Source: Setoptus koraiensis (lineage: Eukaryota; Animalia; Arthropoda). From it: a stretch of DNA of 64,000 nt. The stretch lies in the NCBI GenBank assembly GCA_048013815.1, contig CM106586.1, positions 21,576,001 to 21,640,000 on the forward strand, in the 5' to 3' direction. The notes beneath the pieces are model-generated. The model saw nothing but the letters and a program-made list of their open reading frames with translations. It did not search any database and was not told the origin of the DNA. Positions 21,949 through 32,036 of the stretch are shown one piece after another; within the stretch, counting starts at the first letter, position 1, and each line of letters begins with the position of its first letter. The position numbers and the translations under genes were made by a program.

Positions 21949-22440
21949 ATGTTCATTTTTACGAACATCTTCTTGCTGGCCGCCTTCATTGGGTCCATCA
22001 CGGCACAGGTAATCTGCACCCACGAGCGAGAGCCACAATCGTACAGATTGTGGCCTCTGTTCAGCTTATACGAGGAGTTAAAATTGGCCAAGGATAGACT
22101 GAAAATATTACTCGAACACTATGTGCAAGATGAGCAAACCTATCAGCAGCATAAAACAGCACCGGATGAAAATGGTGACTTTATCGCTGAATCAAGTCAG
22201 CAACAACAATCAGAAGAAAGTGGTACAAGCCACAACGACGAGAGCACCGTGGGTTGTGATTGCGATGAAGATTCAACTCTGGAGGACTTCAAATTGGCCG
22301 AAGAGAGATTACATGAACTTATGTCAGATGTGAGAACTAGACTGATTACGAAAACTCCTCACATGAGTATACCCCATGAAATTGAAGCGATTCACCTATT
22401 ACATTCAATTTCGGAGGCTTTCGAGGCGATAGGAATTTAG
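21949..22440 (+). CDS. Orphan secreted protein with an internal helical duplication, 163 aa (alternative ATG at 21910)
   Basis: Signal peptide MFIFTNIFLLAAFIGSITA directly after a strong acceptor (TTTTTCAATTACAG). Repeats EELKLAKDRL and EDFKLAEERL flank an acidic linker with CDC. AATAAA at about 22509 and 22517. Confidence 0.7.
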   Translation: MFIFTNIFLLAAFIGSITAQVICTHEREPQSYRLWPLFSLYEELKLAKDRLKILLEHYVQDEQTYQQHKTAPDENGDFIAESSQQQQSEESGTSHNDESTVGCDCDEDSTLEDFKLAEERLHELMSDVRTRLITKTPHMSIPHEIEAIHLLHSISEAFEAIGI

Positions 22441-22604
22441 AATTTGCTTGAGCAATCCTTGTGATATGCGTGTTTACGTATTTATAAATGTATACAACAG
22501 ATAGTGGATAATAAAAAATAAATAAAATAATCGTCACATTGCATAGTTTACTGATATCCTACTGACTACTATTACTGACTATTATCCTATGGTTGATGGC
22601 ATAC

Positions 22605-22606
<2 letters not shown>

Positions 22607-22650
<44 letters not shown>

Positions 22651-23463
22651 GTGTCCCTCACTTGGACACAAGTGTTCATTGATGATGTTCATGATGGTTG
22701 TCATGAGAGAAAAGTTGTTCGTGTCGTTGTTGTTGCCTCAAAAAAGCAACATCCAACACCCTCTCAAGTACCAGTAGTTGTCGCTGGTGTGATTGTATGT
22801 GCTTGTGTCTAAATATAAATATAATTCTTTGACAATATAGCTCATATTCGTATGCAACTTATGAGAGAAGTCAAGAGCTTGTTATATAATTAGCAAGTAT
22901 TCGTTGATTGGAATTAGCGCTGCTCCATGGTCATTCGGGATAGGTAGTGGCGACCTTCAAAGACGTCAGACAAACAACAACAAAAACGGCAGCAACTACA
23001 GCAGCATGACCAACGGTTGTAGCCATGCTGTTACCGATCACGATTACCATTTGCAATGCATGCCCGTAACATTTATCCTGTGTTTCGTGTAACCCTACAT
23101 AACTGCATGCAAAATCACGTAGACAATTATAAGATGGTGTGCGTGTGTGTGTATTTACCGTTGTGGATACCACACTAGACACTTGTTGATTGGTTTGGTC
23201 TAGGCGGCAGCAGTGGCGACATAAACACACTGTGCCAGCTAGACAGTTTTGTAAGGCGGCAGTGGGCACTACCTACTTTAGCAGTAGCTCGCACTTTATA
23301 AACTGGCCTTACCTGTGCGAATGCGTGTGTGTGTGTGTGTTATTGCATAACTGTTTAACTGAGTCGCGATCAATATTCACCTTGTCTTTTTGAATTCTGG
23401 CTGACATCAACAAAGGCTTACAAAGGCCAAAGCGACCAATGCAGACAGAACAGACATACCTTG

Positions 23464-23509
<46 letters not shown>

Positions 23510-23621
23510 TGAAAGGAGCTCACTTTGCTCACAGTTAGCTCTAGATTGTTATGTAATCATGGTCAATGTAGTATTGTCAGTGCGAAAGTTGTTATATTTG
23601 GGCAACAACAACCACCACCGT

Positions 23622-23657
<36 letters not shown>

Positions 23658-23750
23658 TCACGTAAGCGTTGTTGCATTGATAAACACATTAATCACTTTC
23701 ATCCATGGGCAAACAACTACTTTCTATTCTATATATATATATATATATTA
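22607..23750. repeat. Microsatellite cluster: (CT)20 at 22607-22646, (TG)n near 23325-23340, (AC)21 at 23466-23507, (TA)14 at 23625-23652, (TA)n near 23730-23748
   Basis: Read directly from the sequence. Confidence 0.95.
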
Positions 23751-24973
23751 TGTTCTGTTCTAACTTGCTGGATGTGCGTTTCTCTTCAACGAGGAACTGA
23801 CAGACAGCACAGTGTAGCGCTTAACAGTAGTTCCTTGATCAATCATACTATACTTATCGCGTTACGTAACTTTATTAATAAATAAATAATCTTGTTGCTG
23901 TTGCTGTTGCTGTTATCTGGTGATGTTGTATCATTAGCGACTACACCATTCAATTTTGCGTGTGCGTGTCTCAGTTATGCAACATGCAAACCAGAGCAAC
24001 GATGACAGCTATAGATTATTGTGTTGCCAAAGTTAGCTTAAAAAAGAAACGGTCTTGGCAAGCCACCAACTAAAGGGGGAAGAGCGCCATTATTTTTATT
24101 AATTAAACAAGAAGTACGAGTGAGAGTAAGGAAGATCCTAATATAACATCCTATTTGTTTATAAATATAGCCCAACAACAGCGCTAACTTGCGGCAGCGA
24201 CTGAACTCGACGACAATGCATCAATGGACAAAAACTATTTTCAGCTTCGCCTCCCGTTCAATATCGACGCCTGATGATTGCATGCGGCACGTTCCTGGGC
24301 ACGTGTTGCCAAAACCAACAAGAAGTTGCTGGTGAAAAGAGAAAAGTTTATTCATAACAGCACTAATTGGCATTCATTTTTTCTTTCTCGTCTTGCCAGC
24401 CAACCATCCAGCAATAAGCAAGTCAGCGCTCCAACAGAGCCAACCATCAGTATCTGGTGCATATAAATTGCAATCGATCTAGCGCTAATATATCGCCAAT
24501 CACACATCTTACCTTCATCTGTTTTTGACAATTGGGTTCTAAATTCTAAATAGCCTAACTATCCATCGGCAAGACCACCACGAGCTAGCGACACTTGATT
24601 GTCAATAAGATCATCATCATTTTTCACTCTCAAACTTGATGAAAAACGATAGAAGAATATCAACTAAAATGGCCCAACAAATCACCAACAAACAACAAAT
24701 GCAACAAGAAAGTCATTGTGATAGAAGAAAATTCAAAGTGATTTCAGCAACACTTATCAGCATAAGTGTCCTGTCCATTTATGCCATTACGCAACAACAG
24801 CCTGTTGTCGAATGCTCCATTGGATACTTCGAACATTATGGCTGGCCCACATACGGAATAGTGAAGCCATTTTGGATGGCACCGTTTTCGGCGTTTCCAT
24901 CGCGCGCCATTTCGGGCTATTCTAGAAAACACACCATGTCGCAGGGTCGCGGCGTGCTCAGACATTACCGTTA

Positions 24974-25687
24974 GACGGTAATGTTATCTGTGATACTTAA
25001 ATCAGCAGAATGGATCCGAAAATCTTACAACAAAACCATCATGCAGATCATCGAAAAAGCCAATCACAATATTGTTGTAACGAGCACCATTATCGACGCT
25101 CACCTTATTCAAGGGGATGCACGAGCTAGGATGTTCGCGAAAGTTTCGCAATGGCTCGGCCAGGAAGGTGCACCACGATAGGCAATTGAAATTTGGACAA
25201 GACTTTAATGACGATAATTAACATCACGTTGAGGTGGCTTCGATGCTAGTCCAAGCCAATACGGTCCTACCTATTGATTATGGAACGTGAGAGTGTTCAA
25301 TGTTGCATTAAGCAGGGTGATACTGGAGGATTGATATTCATGGCTCTCAACATTGGACGGAGCATTCTCGTCGCTCGGAGAGAACTTCGATGAATTCTCA
25401 ATTGAAGCAGGCCTATTAGCTGCCCAAAAACAATTTAAATCGGCCCTGCTTCTCGGAGACGAAAGATTGTCGGCTAAATGTCATTTATTTGTGTCATTAT
25501 AATTATGTCAACTTGGCAGGAAAAGGCAATGCGTGAGACATCTCAGGAATGTTGTCATTCCATATCTCAACTCTTTGCCCAAAATTGATAATTTATTGAA
25601 GAATATGTATCTGCACATTTTATTTGGATTGAAAAATCCATTCAAGCAAAAATTTGTAGATTCAAAATAGATATATTCGAGAAATAG
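24974..25687 (+). pseudogene. DUF4807 / uncharacterised F58A4.6-like pseudogene
   Basis: PIDY(frameshift)WNVRVFNVALSRVILED*YSWLSTLDGAFSSLGENF...QFKSALLLGDERLSAKCHLFVSL*LCQLG matches the recalled family motif SWLSTLGGAFSALG...ALxLGDP...ARCxL..SL.LIQ.G. Stops at 25332 and 25500, with more upstream. Family assignment is from memory. Confidence 0.7.
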
Positions 25688-26256
25688 TACCACTGTTGAT
25701 AAAAGACCAAGTTTCAAGAATCATACTGGCCAGACATCCATTTAACTATTTCATATTATCATACATCATGCTAGTATTATTAGCTTTGAAATTTTGGAGT
25801 TCATCCCGTTTGTCATTATTAGATGATTGTATGCAATATCGAGCGCCGTTCTAGAAAGTCGTCAGGTTAGTGAGCAAACCTTTTTCACACGAACATCTAG
25901 GTTTGACTGCCGGGAGATTACCTTCTCGGCACAACTGCTTTGACGACAGCACGAAAAAAAAATCAGGAAAAACCTTTCCGCCGTGATCATGATTGAAATG
26001 TGTGTCGAAATTTATTTATTGCAATGATGACACTCACTTGACTGTGTTTTATATATTCGAGAGAAGATTGATGGACGTCCTCAGCAATAATCTATCATTT
26101 GTCTAGACTAGGATCACGCTTTGAACTAACAAAAACTTTGAATCTGTCGGGAGATAGAGAACATATCGATTAGTGACAGACGTGAAGGAATTCTCACCAA
26201 AGTGTTCACGTAGAACAACACTACTCTTGAGTAAGAGCGAGAATCAACTTACCTAG

Positions 26257-26996
26257 CTATGGCCTCATCACTGACCGAGTTATATCGGTCGGCAAACTTT
26301 TCTTAACTCGATCCTCATATACCACTAATGATTTAAACTCACTCAAATCATAGTCGCATACTTCGCTCAAAGTTAGACCGCAAATATTCGAGACATCTGC
26401 AACAGTAAGGTTATTACCCGTGGAGAATCGTTTCCTTGTGAGAATCTCATCCAATTGTTTCAGAACACCTTTGAATTCTTTCTCATTTGCCTCATCCAGC
26501 TCAGGGTTGCCGAAAATGAATAGTTTCAGCAATTCGCTTTGGGCTTTGTACAATTTACTCAAATCCCGATAAAGCATCATATCAACTCTAGCTCTTTCAA
26601 CCGGATCTCGCGGGTACAGCGAATCGTCTTCGGAGCCGTATTTATTAACAAAGTAGGTGATAATGACGCCACTGATTTTGTGCGGCGTAAGGTTGATAAA
26701 AGAATTGGTTGGTGCTGTTAAAGCATAAAATATAAAGAATGACAAAGATAGAAATCACATACATAAGAAGACATTAGGTAGTTGAACGTTAGGTAAGATA
26801 ACCTTTCGCAGACAACCCCATCCACAATAGTTGGAACAGTATGTTGCGGATTTATCTCGAGGAATTCTTCACTCAGGTGTTCACCTTTGGCTAAGTCAAG
26901 GTATTTCTTGTTTAGCTCTATGCCAAGCTTGTTGGCTACCAATTCAACGGTTCAACATAGTGGGCTCTCCGGCATGTAGTAGAAGTCGACAGGCAT
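26257..26996 (-). pseudogene. Delta-class glutathione S-transferase, probable pseudogene; exons 26996-26803 and 26671-26257
   Basis: MPVDFYYMPESPLC*TV (TGA at 26954-26952), EINPQHTVPTIVD, spliced ES|GVIITYFVNKYG, SLYPRDPVERARVD, GNNLTVADVS. The segment before ES is shortened and the C-terminus is aberrant. Confidence 0.85.
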
Positions 26997-27460
26997 GTTT
27001 GCTTAGATGTTGATTACTCAATAATTCAGGTATATTCTTGATTAATTTTGACCCTGGTCAAATTAGTCTTCTAGTTCTCCAGAAGGCTAACTTTTCTTTC
27101 TTCTGAAGTCAATGAATGTATTTATTATCGATTTCCGAACTTGATTTTTGACACGTCCTTTGTATTGGGCCAGAGAAAAGAGAAAAAAGTTGTAAGAGAA
27201 AGTTTCATTTATCAATTGGTATGCAATGCATACTATGCATTTCGTTAATTCCATGCAGTTCATCACAAACCGTTCGCAGATTCGAAGTGCCCGCTTCTTA
27301 AAACTGATCACATGTTTCTCGTATTCCAAGTGCATCCTGAACAATAACAGATGTGACTGGTGGCCAATTCTAGTTGTGTCGCTCAAGGTATTATTTACTC
27401 TAGATCACAGATTGTAGATCACACCTTAAATCAAGGACTAATCAAGACAAATCTTACACA

Positions 27461-28081
27461 ATGACTATCCTTTCAAAGAACCTACGCACACTATTTACAA
27501 TAAAAAACGTATCTTGTGTAACAAAGAGATGGTCAGGACACAACAACCTTGAGCCTCACCCGTCAAATTTTAGCTGGTTAAAATGGAAGGATATGGTGCA
27601 TCTTTACACTATGATAGCCGTCATACCCCTTGGTTTGTTTACAACGATCGTAAACATAAGGGCTAATCCTGAACTCGCTGAAATACCAGAGGGTTATGAA
27701 CCCAGACATTGGGAATATTATAAGCACCCCATTACGAGGTTTATAGCTAGATACGTATTGGAACATCAAGATGAGGAGGACGAAACTTTGTTAGGTTTCA
27801 TGGATATAGAGTCGGAGCGCCAGATACTGAGGCAGCTGACCCATCGCATAAGCGAGGTGATGGCCTATTACGGTGACCATCGGTCCCTCTACTTTATGCC
27901 ATATCAGACTGCTGATCATATTCGCGAGGGTAGAGAAGACTATAGGTTTATAGGTGATTGGCACCTTGGAGCTCCGAGTACTTTATTCACAAACCTCAGC
28001 AAAGGGAATCAGCTTGAGGATGCCATGCCTACCGAGGCACTGATAGAAAGTAATGAGGAGACGAAAAAATTTGTTAAGTGA
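27461..28081 (+). CDS. NDUFB5: NADH dehydrogenase 1 beta subcomplex subunit 5 (SGDH)
   Basis: ELAEIPEGYEPRHWEYYKHPITRFIARY signature, with an N-terminal transit peptide and one TM helix. Confidence 0.95.
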   Translation: MTILSKNLRTLFTIKNVSCVTKRWSGHNNLEPHPSNFSWLKWKDMVHLYTMIAVIPLGLFTTIVNIRANPELAEIPEGYEPRHWEYYKHPITRFIARYVLEHQDEEDETLLGFMDIESERQILRQLTHRISEVMAYYGDHRSLYFMPYQTADHIREGREDYRFIGDWHLGAPSTLFTNLSKGNQLEDAMPTEALIESNEETKKFVK

Positions 28082-28256
28082 TCCTATATTCTCTATATAT
28101 TAGATATGTTTGTGCAGCTGTTGAATTACGGAATTTGTCATGATGTATCAGTTAGTTTAAGTCATAAATTTATGTAGGTCTAATCTTTAATGATCAAATG
28201 TAATCTAGTTAAACACATATATCTATGTAAAATATCTATATAATCATTAAAATCAA

Positions 28257-29618
28257 TCAGGGCGTTTGAGTTTGATTCAGCAGTCGTTGAGATGAAGTTG
28301 AACGCCGCCTGGGGCTTTTGGGCCAGGGCATGGGCCACTCGAATACGCGAGGAACAGTCAATGTAGCCGAGTCGCAGCAAGAACATAGACCATTTCTTCT
28401 GGTGGTGCATCTAATGTGGTTGAATTCGAAATATTTGAACAAAGGCCACCACCATACCCTGGATAGATAGTTGGTATGAGTTGGAAATCTCAAACTATGA
28501 TTGTAAACGATTGTATGGAATATCCAAAAAGTGCGTGTTGTCACGTAGTAGGCAAGTACTATATCTATTGTGTAGTGTCCACGAGCAATCAAAATAAATA
28601 TCACACCAATAATTGAACTCGACAGAGCTAATATGTTGAAAGCCCTCCAAACCAATGTCCGGCACCTTAATGGCATGAGATACTCACGAAGAGTTAGATA
28701 ACCTGTAGATGCAAAGAATGAGGTTAGAACTTGGGTTTGCGGGGCTTCTAAAGTTGGAGAGAATGATCGAGGGGATGGATGACTAAGATATATTGACTTA
28801 CAAAAGGTGAGTATAACAGTGTGACCAGAGTATAAGTAGTCGCCGCAATAAATCTGCTTGCCATTTATCGAAAGACCAAATCCTAACATCATGTGAAAAA
28901 CTCTACTGAATATAATCTGTATATAAAGGCCTGTAGTTAACTGATCAGGCGAGTGACTAGGGTCATCTGATATCTTAGGCGCACAGTAATCTTTCTTTAG
29001 CAATGGGACCTGTGTCGACATCATACAGATGGCTCGATACATGTATAATAGTCCAATGATGAGGCATAAACGCCTAAATATTATCACACGATATCTATGA
29101 AGGAACAATAGAATGAATAGTGAGAATGTTTGTATGCTGATGATGTACTCTGCAACATCCAATCCCCAAGCAGCTTCTGGTAGTATCACGTGAAGTATGT
29201 CTGGCAGTGGATCACTCTGTAGAGGTGCTCGTTCATGAATTATTGCTAAAACCAGAAAATTAAGTATCATATTAGTCAACAAAAAAAGTAGGGCGAGGCC
29301 ATTCTGAACAACACAGATATCCTCCTTCGGGTTATGGTCATCGGATTCAGGAGATCCAATCTGTAATACTGTCTGTTCATCTTCTTCTCTGGTAATAGCA
29401 TCGAATTTTCTTTTGAGTGAGCTAGCTTTTAACTTATCATCATCCGAATCACTGTTCGTTTTGATTGGGGTCTGAAAAGCAGTTGTGGATGATTGAGGCA
29501 CTACTCTATCCGCAAGGTTAGCACCAAATACAAAACTTGATGATTTTCCCGATTTCGTTGCATTCGTTTCGTCATGAGGCTTGAGGCCCGAAGGTTTAAG
29601 AGAGGGGGGTTCCTGCAT
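28257..29618 (-). CDS. Sphingomyelin synthase family (SGMS1/2-type) with a RANBP3-derived N-terminus; exons 29618-28802 and 28702-28257
   Basis: All four SMS motifs are present: PLPD, RRLCLIIGLLYMYRAICMMST, CGDYLYSGHT and HYTIDIVLAYY. A 99-nt in-frame intron runs GTAAGT(28801)...CTACAG(28703). No SAM domain. The first about 88 aa are homologous to the gene at 31018. Confidence 0.9.
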   Translation of the reverse strand: MQEPPSLKPSGLKPHDETNATKSGKSSSFVFGANLADRVVPQSSTTAFQTPIKTNSDSDDDKLKASSLKRKFDAITREEDEQTVLQIGSPESDDHNPKEDICVVQNGLALLFLLTNMILNFLVLAIIHERAPLQSDPLPDILHVILPEAAWGLDVAEYIISIQTFSLFILLFLHRYRVIIFRRLCLIIGLLYMYRAICMMSTQVPLLKKDYCAPKISDDPSHSPDQLTTGLYIQIIFSRVFHMMLGFGLSINGKQIYCGDYLYSGHTVILTFCKSIYLSHPSPRSFSPTLEAPQTQVLTSFFASTGYLTLREYLMPLRCRTLVWRAFNILALSSSIIGVIFILIARGHYTIDIVLAYYVTTRTFWIFHTIVYNHSLRFPTHTNYLSRVWWWPLFKYFEFNHIRCTTRRNGLCSCCDSATLTVPRVFEWPMPWPKSPRRRSTSSQRLLNQTQTP

Positions 29619-29698
29619 CCCTCAAATTGTTTTGGATACAAATCTCTGGTTAAATGTCTCTGGTTGGTATAAATGAATGATATTATAAATCTAATCTT
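29398..29698 (-). repeat. Left arm of a 301-bp perfect inverted repeat (partner 30938-31238)
   Basis: Base-by-base comparison found no mismatch. It covers 80 bp upstream of the ATG plus about 73 codons. Confidence 0.95.
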
Positions 29699-30937
29699 TG
29701 ATTAATCTATAAATATGTAATCACTAAATGTTGTATATTGCCATTTTCCCATATCGTTCCATTCAAGACATACCACAACAGGGAAAATGTTGAATTGCGA
29801 AAAAAAAAATCTAATCTAATCTAGTTTTCAGACCTTCAACTTTTGCGCGAATTTCAAAAGATATAATCACTCAATAGTGTCGGAAAATAATTACGCCATC
29901 ACCAGTGTTAGCTCTAATTCGATCTAAATTGCATTTGATTTGTCAGAGTTTTCTAGACTGTTGGTATGTTGTATTCAATATACACACTATACTATGTTGA
30001 AACAAACACATTCAAAGTGTAACATGTCGGTACGAATTTCTATTCTTATGTATAAATTTATAGGTTCTGTCTATCTATCTAAGGTAAATCAATTAAAGTT
30101 CAGACTATTATATATATATATATATATATATGTATATCGGTATATAGCAACGACAGCAACAATAATATCAACACAGTTGTTACTCGGTCGGAGTTGCTGG
30201 CCCCGCCCTGCTGCAACAACTACGAATAAACGTTGCTGCTGTAGTTACACAGTGAGATAATCTTGATATTGATATTCTCAATACAGAAATCTCGATACTC
30301 AGCTTTCAGAGCCTACTGTGCTAGGCTTTGATGTAAAGTATTTGTCCGGTGTTGCCTAAACCTATTCGTTTCGATTCTTACTTCAACGAGGTGTTGTAGA
30401 GAATATTGTAAATTAGATGCTCAGAGAGCTAATTCTAGAGAATGAAATAAACATTTCTTGCTCCTTAAATAAACTGCAAACTTGTCCACGCTGTTGCTTC
30501 TCGACTAACGAGATCATCACAGATTTGAAAGAACGAAAAATTGATATGTCAGATGATCATATCAGAACCTACAGTTGCAAATATTGTTGATTGTGCCATA
30601 AAACAAGCCTTTGCTCATCGAGTTGATAAAACGAAGCAAATGTGCACACTCTGAGCGATCATCGTATATTACGTAATGATCGATCTAATGCTGATGGTAG
30701 CAGCTACAGTGTATTGTTGTCGTACATGATAAACATGTAAAATGTCAATAAAGGCAATAAAGAACTTGTTGTTAGTTTGCTTTGGTCCTCAACCTTGAAT
30801 ACCGCTACTCATTATGAATTAAATTTAGCGCGCAGTTCTGCGCACAAGGGGTGGCAATATTTTTTCCCACTGTCCATATATTCAATCACACGATTGTTTA
30901 TCCTATTGTTATTGTTATTATTATTGTTATTTGTTTG

Positions 30938-31238
30938 AAGATTAGATTTATAATATCATTCATTTATACCAACCAGAGACATTTAACCAGAGATTTGTAT
31001 CCAAAACAATTTGAGGGATGCAGGAACCCCCCTCTCTTAAACCTTCGGGCCTCAAGCCTCATGACGAAACGAATGCAACGAAATCGGGAAAATCATCAAG
31101 TTTTGTATTTGGTGCTAACCTTGCGGATAGAGTAGTGCCTCAATCATCCACAACTGCTTTTCAGACCCCAATCAAAACGAACAGTGATTCGGATGATGAT
31201 AAGTTAAAAGCTAGCTCACTCAAAAGAAAATTCGATGC
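30938..31238 (+). repeat. Right arm of the 301-bp perfect inverted repeat (1239-bp spacer)
   Basis: Reverse complement of 29398-29698. Confidence 0.95.
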
Positions 31239-32004
31239 CATCACTGGCGAAGAGTGTGAACAAACTGTTCTACAAACGCCGGTGAAATTATTTGTTTGGA
31301 ATCTAAGCTCATCTTCCTGGGCAGAAAAGGGGCGCGGCTTGCTCAAGTTGAATGACCCGAAAACCGAAAATACCTTGATCGAAAAAGATCAAAAAAAAGT
31401 AGACGAAGAAGATAATCATGATGATGCTACAAAAGATGTAGTGCTAGAATTCCCAAGATTGATTATGCGTATAAGCGGCACATTGCGGATCATTTTGAAT
31501 GTAGCAATCAATCCAGAACATTTTAAAATTATAGGTGAAGATGATAAATCAAAAGTTTTTCGTTTCTCCGATAGTAGAGAACTGTACGCAGTCAGCGGTA
31601 GCGCGAAAGAAATTCTTGGACTAAGGCGAGCAGTTGAATGGCGGCTTCAGTCATCCAGAGAAAACAAATCAGCTCGATGCCCCAAAATGCAAGAAAAGAA
31701 AGAGAAGACGTCGCCAAAGGCGAGCTCACCGGAGGGCACCCCAACAGAGGACACCCCAGCAGATGGAACCCCATCGGAAAACACCCCAGCAGAGGGAACC
31801 TCAACGAAGGACACCCCAAGAGGGGGAACCCCAACGGAGGCCACCCCAACAGAGGGAACCCCGACGGAGGCCACCCCAACAGAGGAAACCCCAACGGTGG
31901 ACACCCTAACAGAGGAAACCCCAACGGTGGACACCCTAACAGAGGGAACCCCAACGGAGGACACCCCAAAAGAACAACCCTCACCAGAGAAAAAGTTACT
32001 TTAA
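31018..32004 (+). CDS. RANBP3: Ran-binding protein 3-like (FxFG motif plus RanBD) with a C-terminal pentapeptide repeat, 328 aa
   Basis: SFVFGANLADRV (RANBP3 FVFGQNLRDRV type) and ITGEECEQTVLQTPVKLFVW...WAEKGRGLLKLND...RLIMRISGTLRIILN, the RanBD signature. Confidence 0.88.
   Translation: MQEPPSLKPSGLKPHDETNATKSGKSSSFVFGANLADRVVPQSSTTAFQTPIKTNSDSDDDKLKASSLKRKFDAITGEECEQTVLQTPVKLFVWNLSSSSWAEKGRGLLKLNDPKTENTLIEKDQKKVDEEDNHDDATKDVVLEFPRLIMRISGTLRIILNVAINPEHFKIIGEDDKSKVFRFSDSRELYAVSGSAKEILGLRRAVEWRLQSSRENKSARCPKMQEKKEKTSPKASSPEGTPTEDTPADGTPSENTPAEGTSTKDTPRGGTPTEATPTEGTPTEATPTEETPTVDTLTEETPTVDTLTEGTPTEDTPKEQPSPEKKLL
31726..31965 (+). repeat. Coding minisatellite, 16 x 15 bp (consensus CCAACRGAGGRMACC; P-T-E-x-T)
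   Basis: Units read SPEGT PTEDT PADGT PSENT PAEGT STKDT PRGGT PTEAT PTEGT PTEAT PTEET PTVDT LTEET PTVDT LTEGT PTEDT. Confidence 0.95.
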
Positions 32005-32036
32005 TCTCAATCGATTTATTTTTTACATGTTTGAGC

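Noticed and set aside
26055-26090. U6 snRNA-like GAGAGAAGATTGATGG
   Set aside because: The invariant ACAGAGA box is absent and the flanks do not match U6.
26952-26954. In-frame TGA in the GST as selenocysteine
   Set aside because: It aligns to a conserved Arg, not Cys. No SECIS was recognised, and the gene has other lesions.
28703-28801. Apparent 33-aa insertion in the SMS, and the similar 31-aa insertion in the ORF at 47978
   Set aside because: Both are stop-free introns with lengths divisible by 3 and canonical GT(A/G)AGT...CAG ends.
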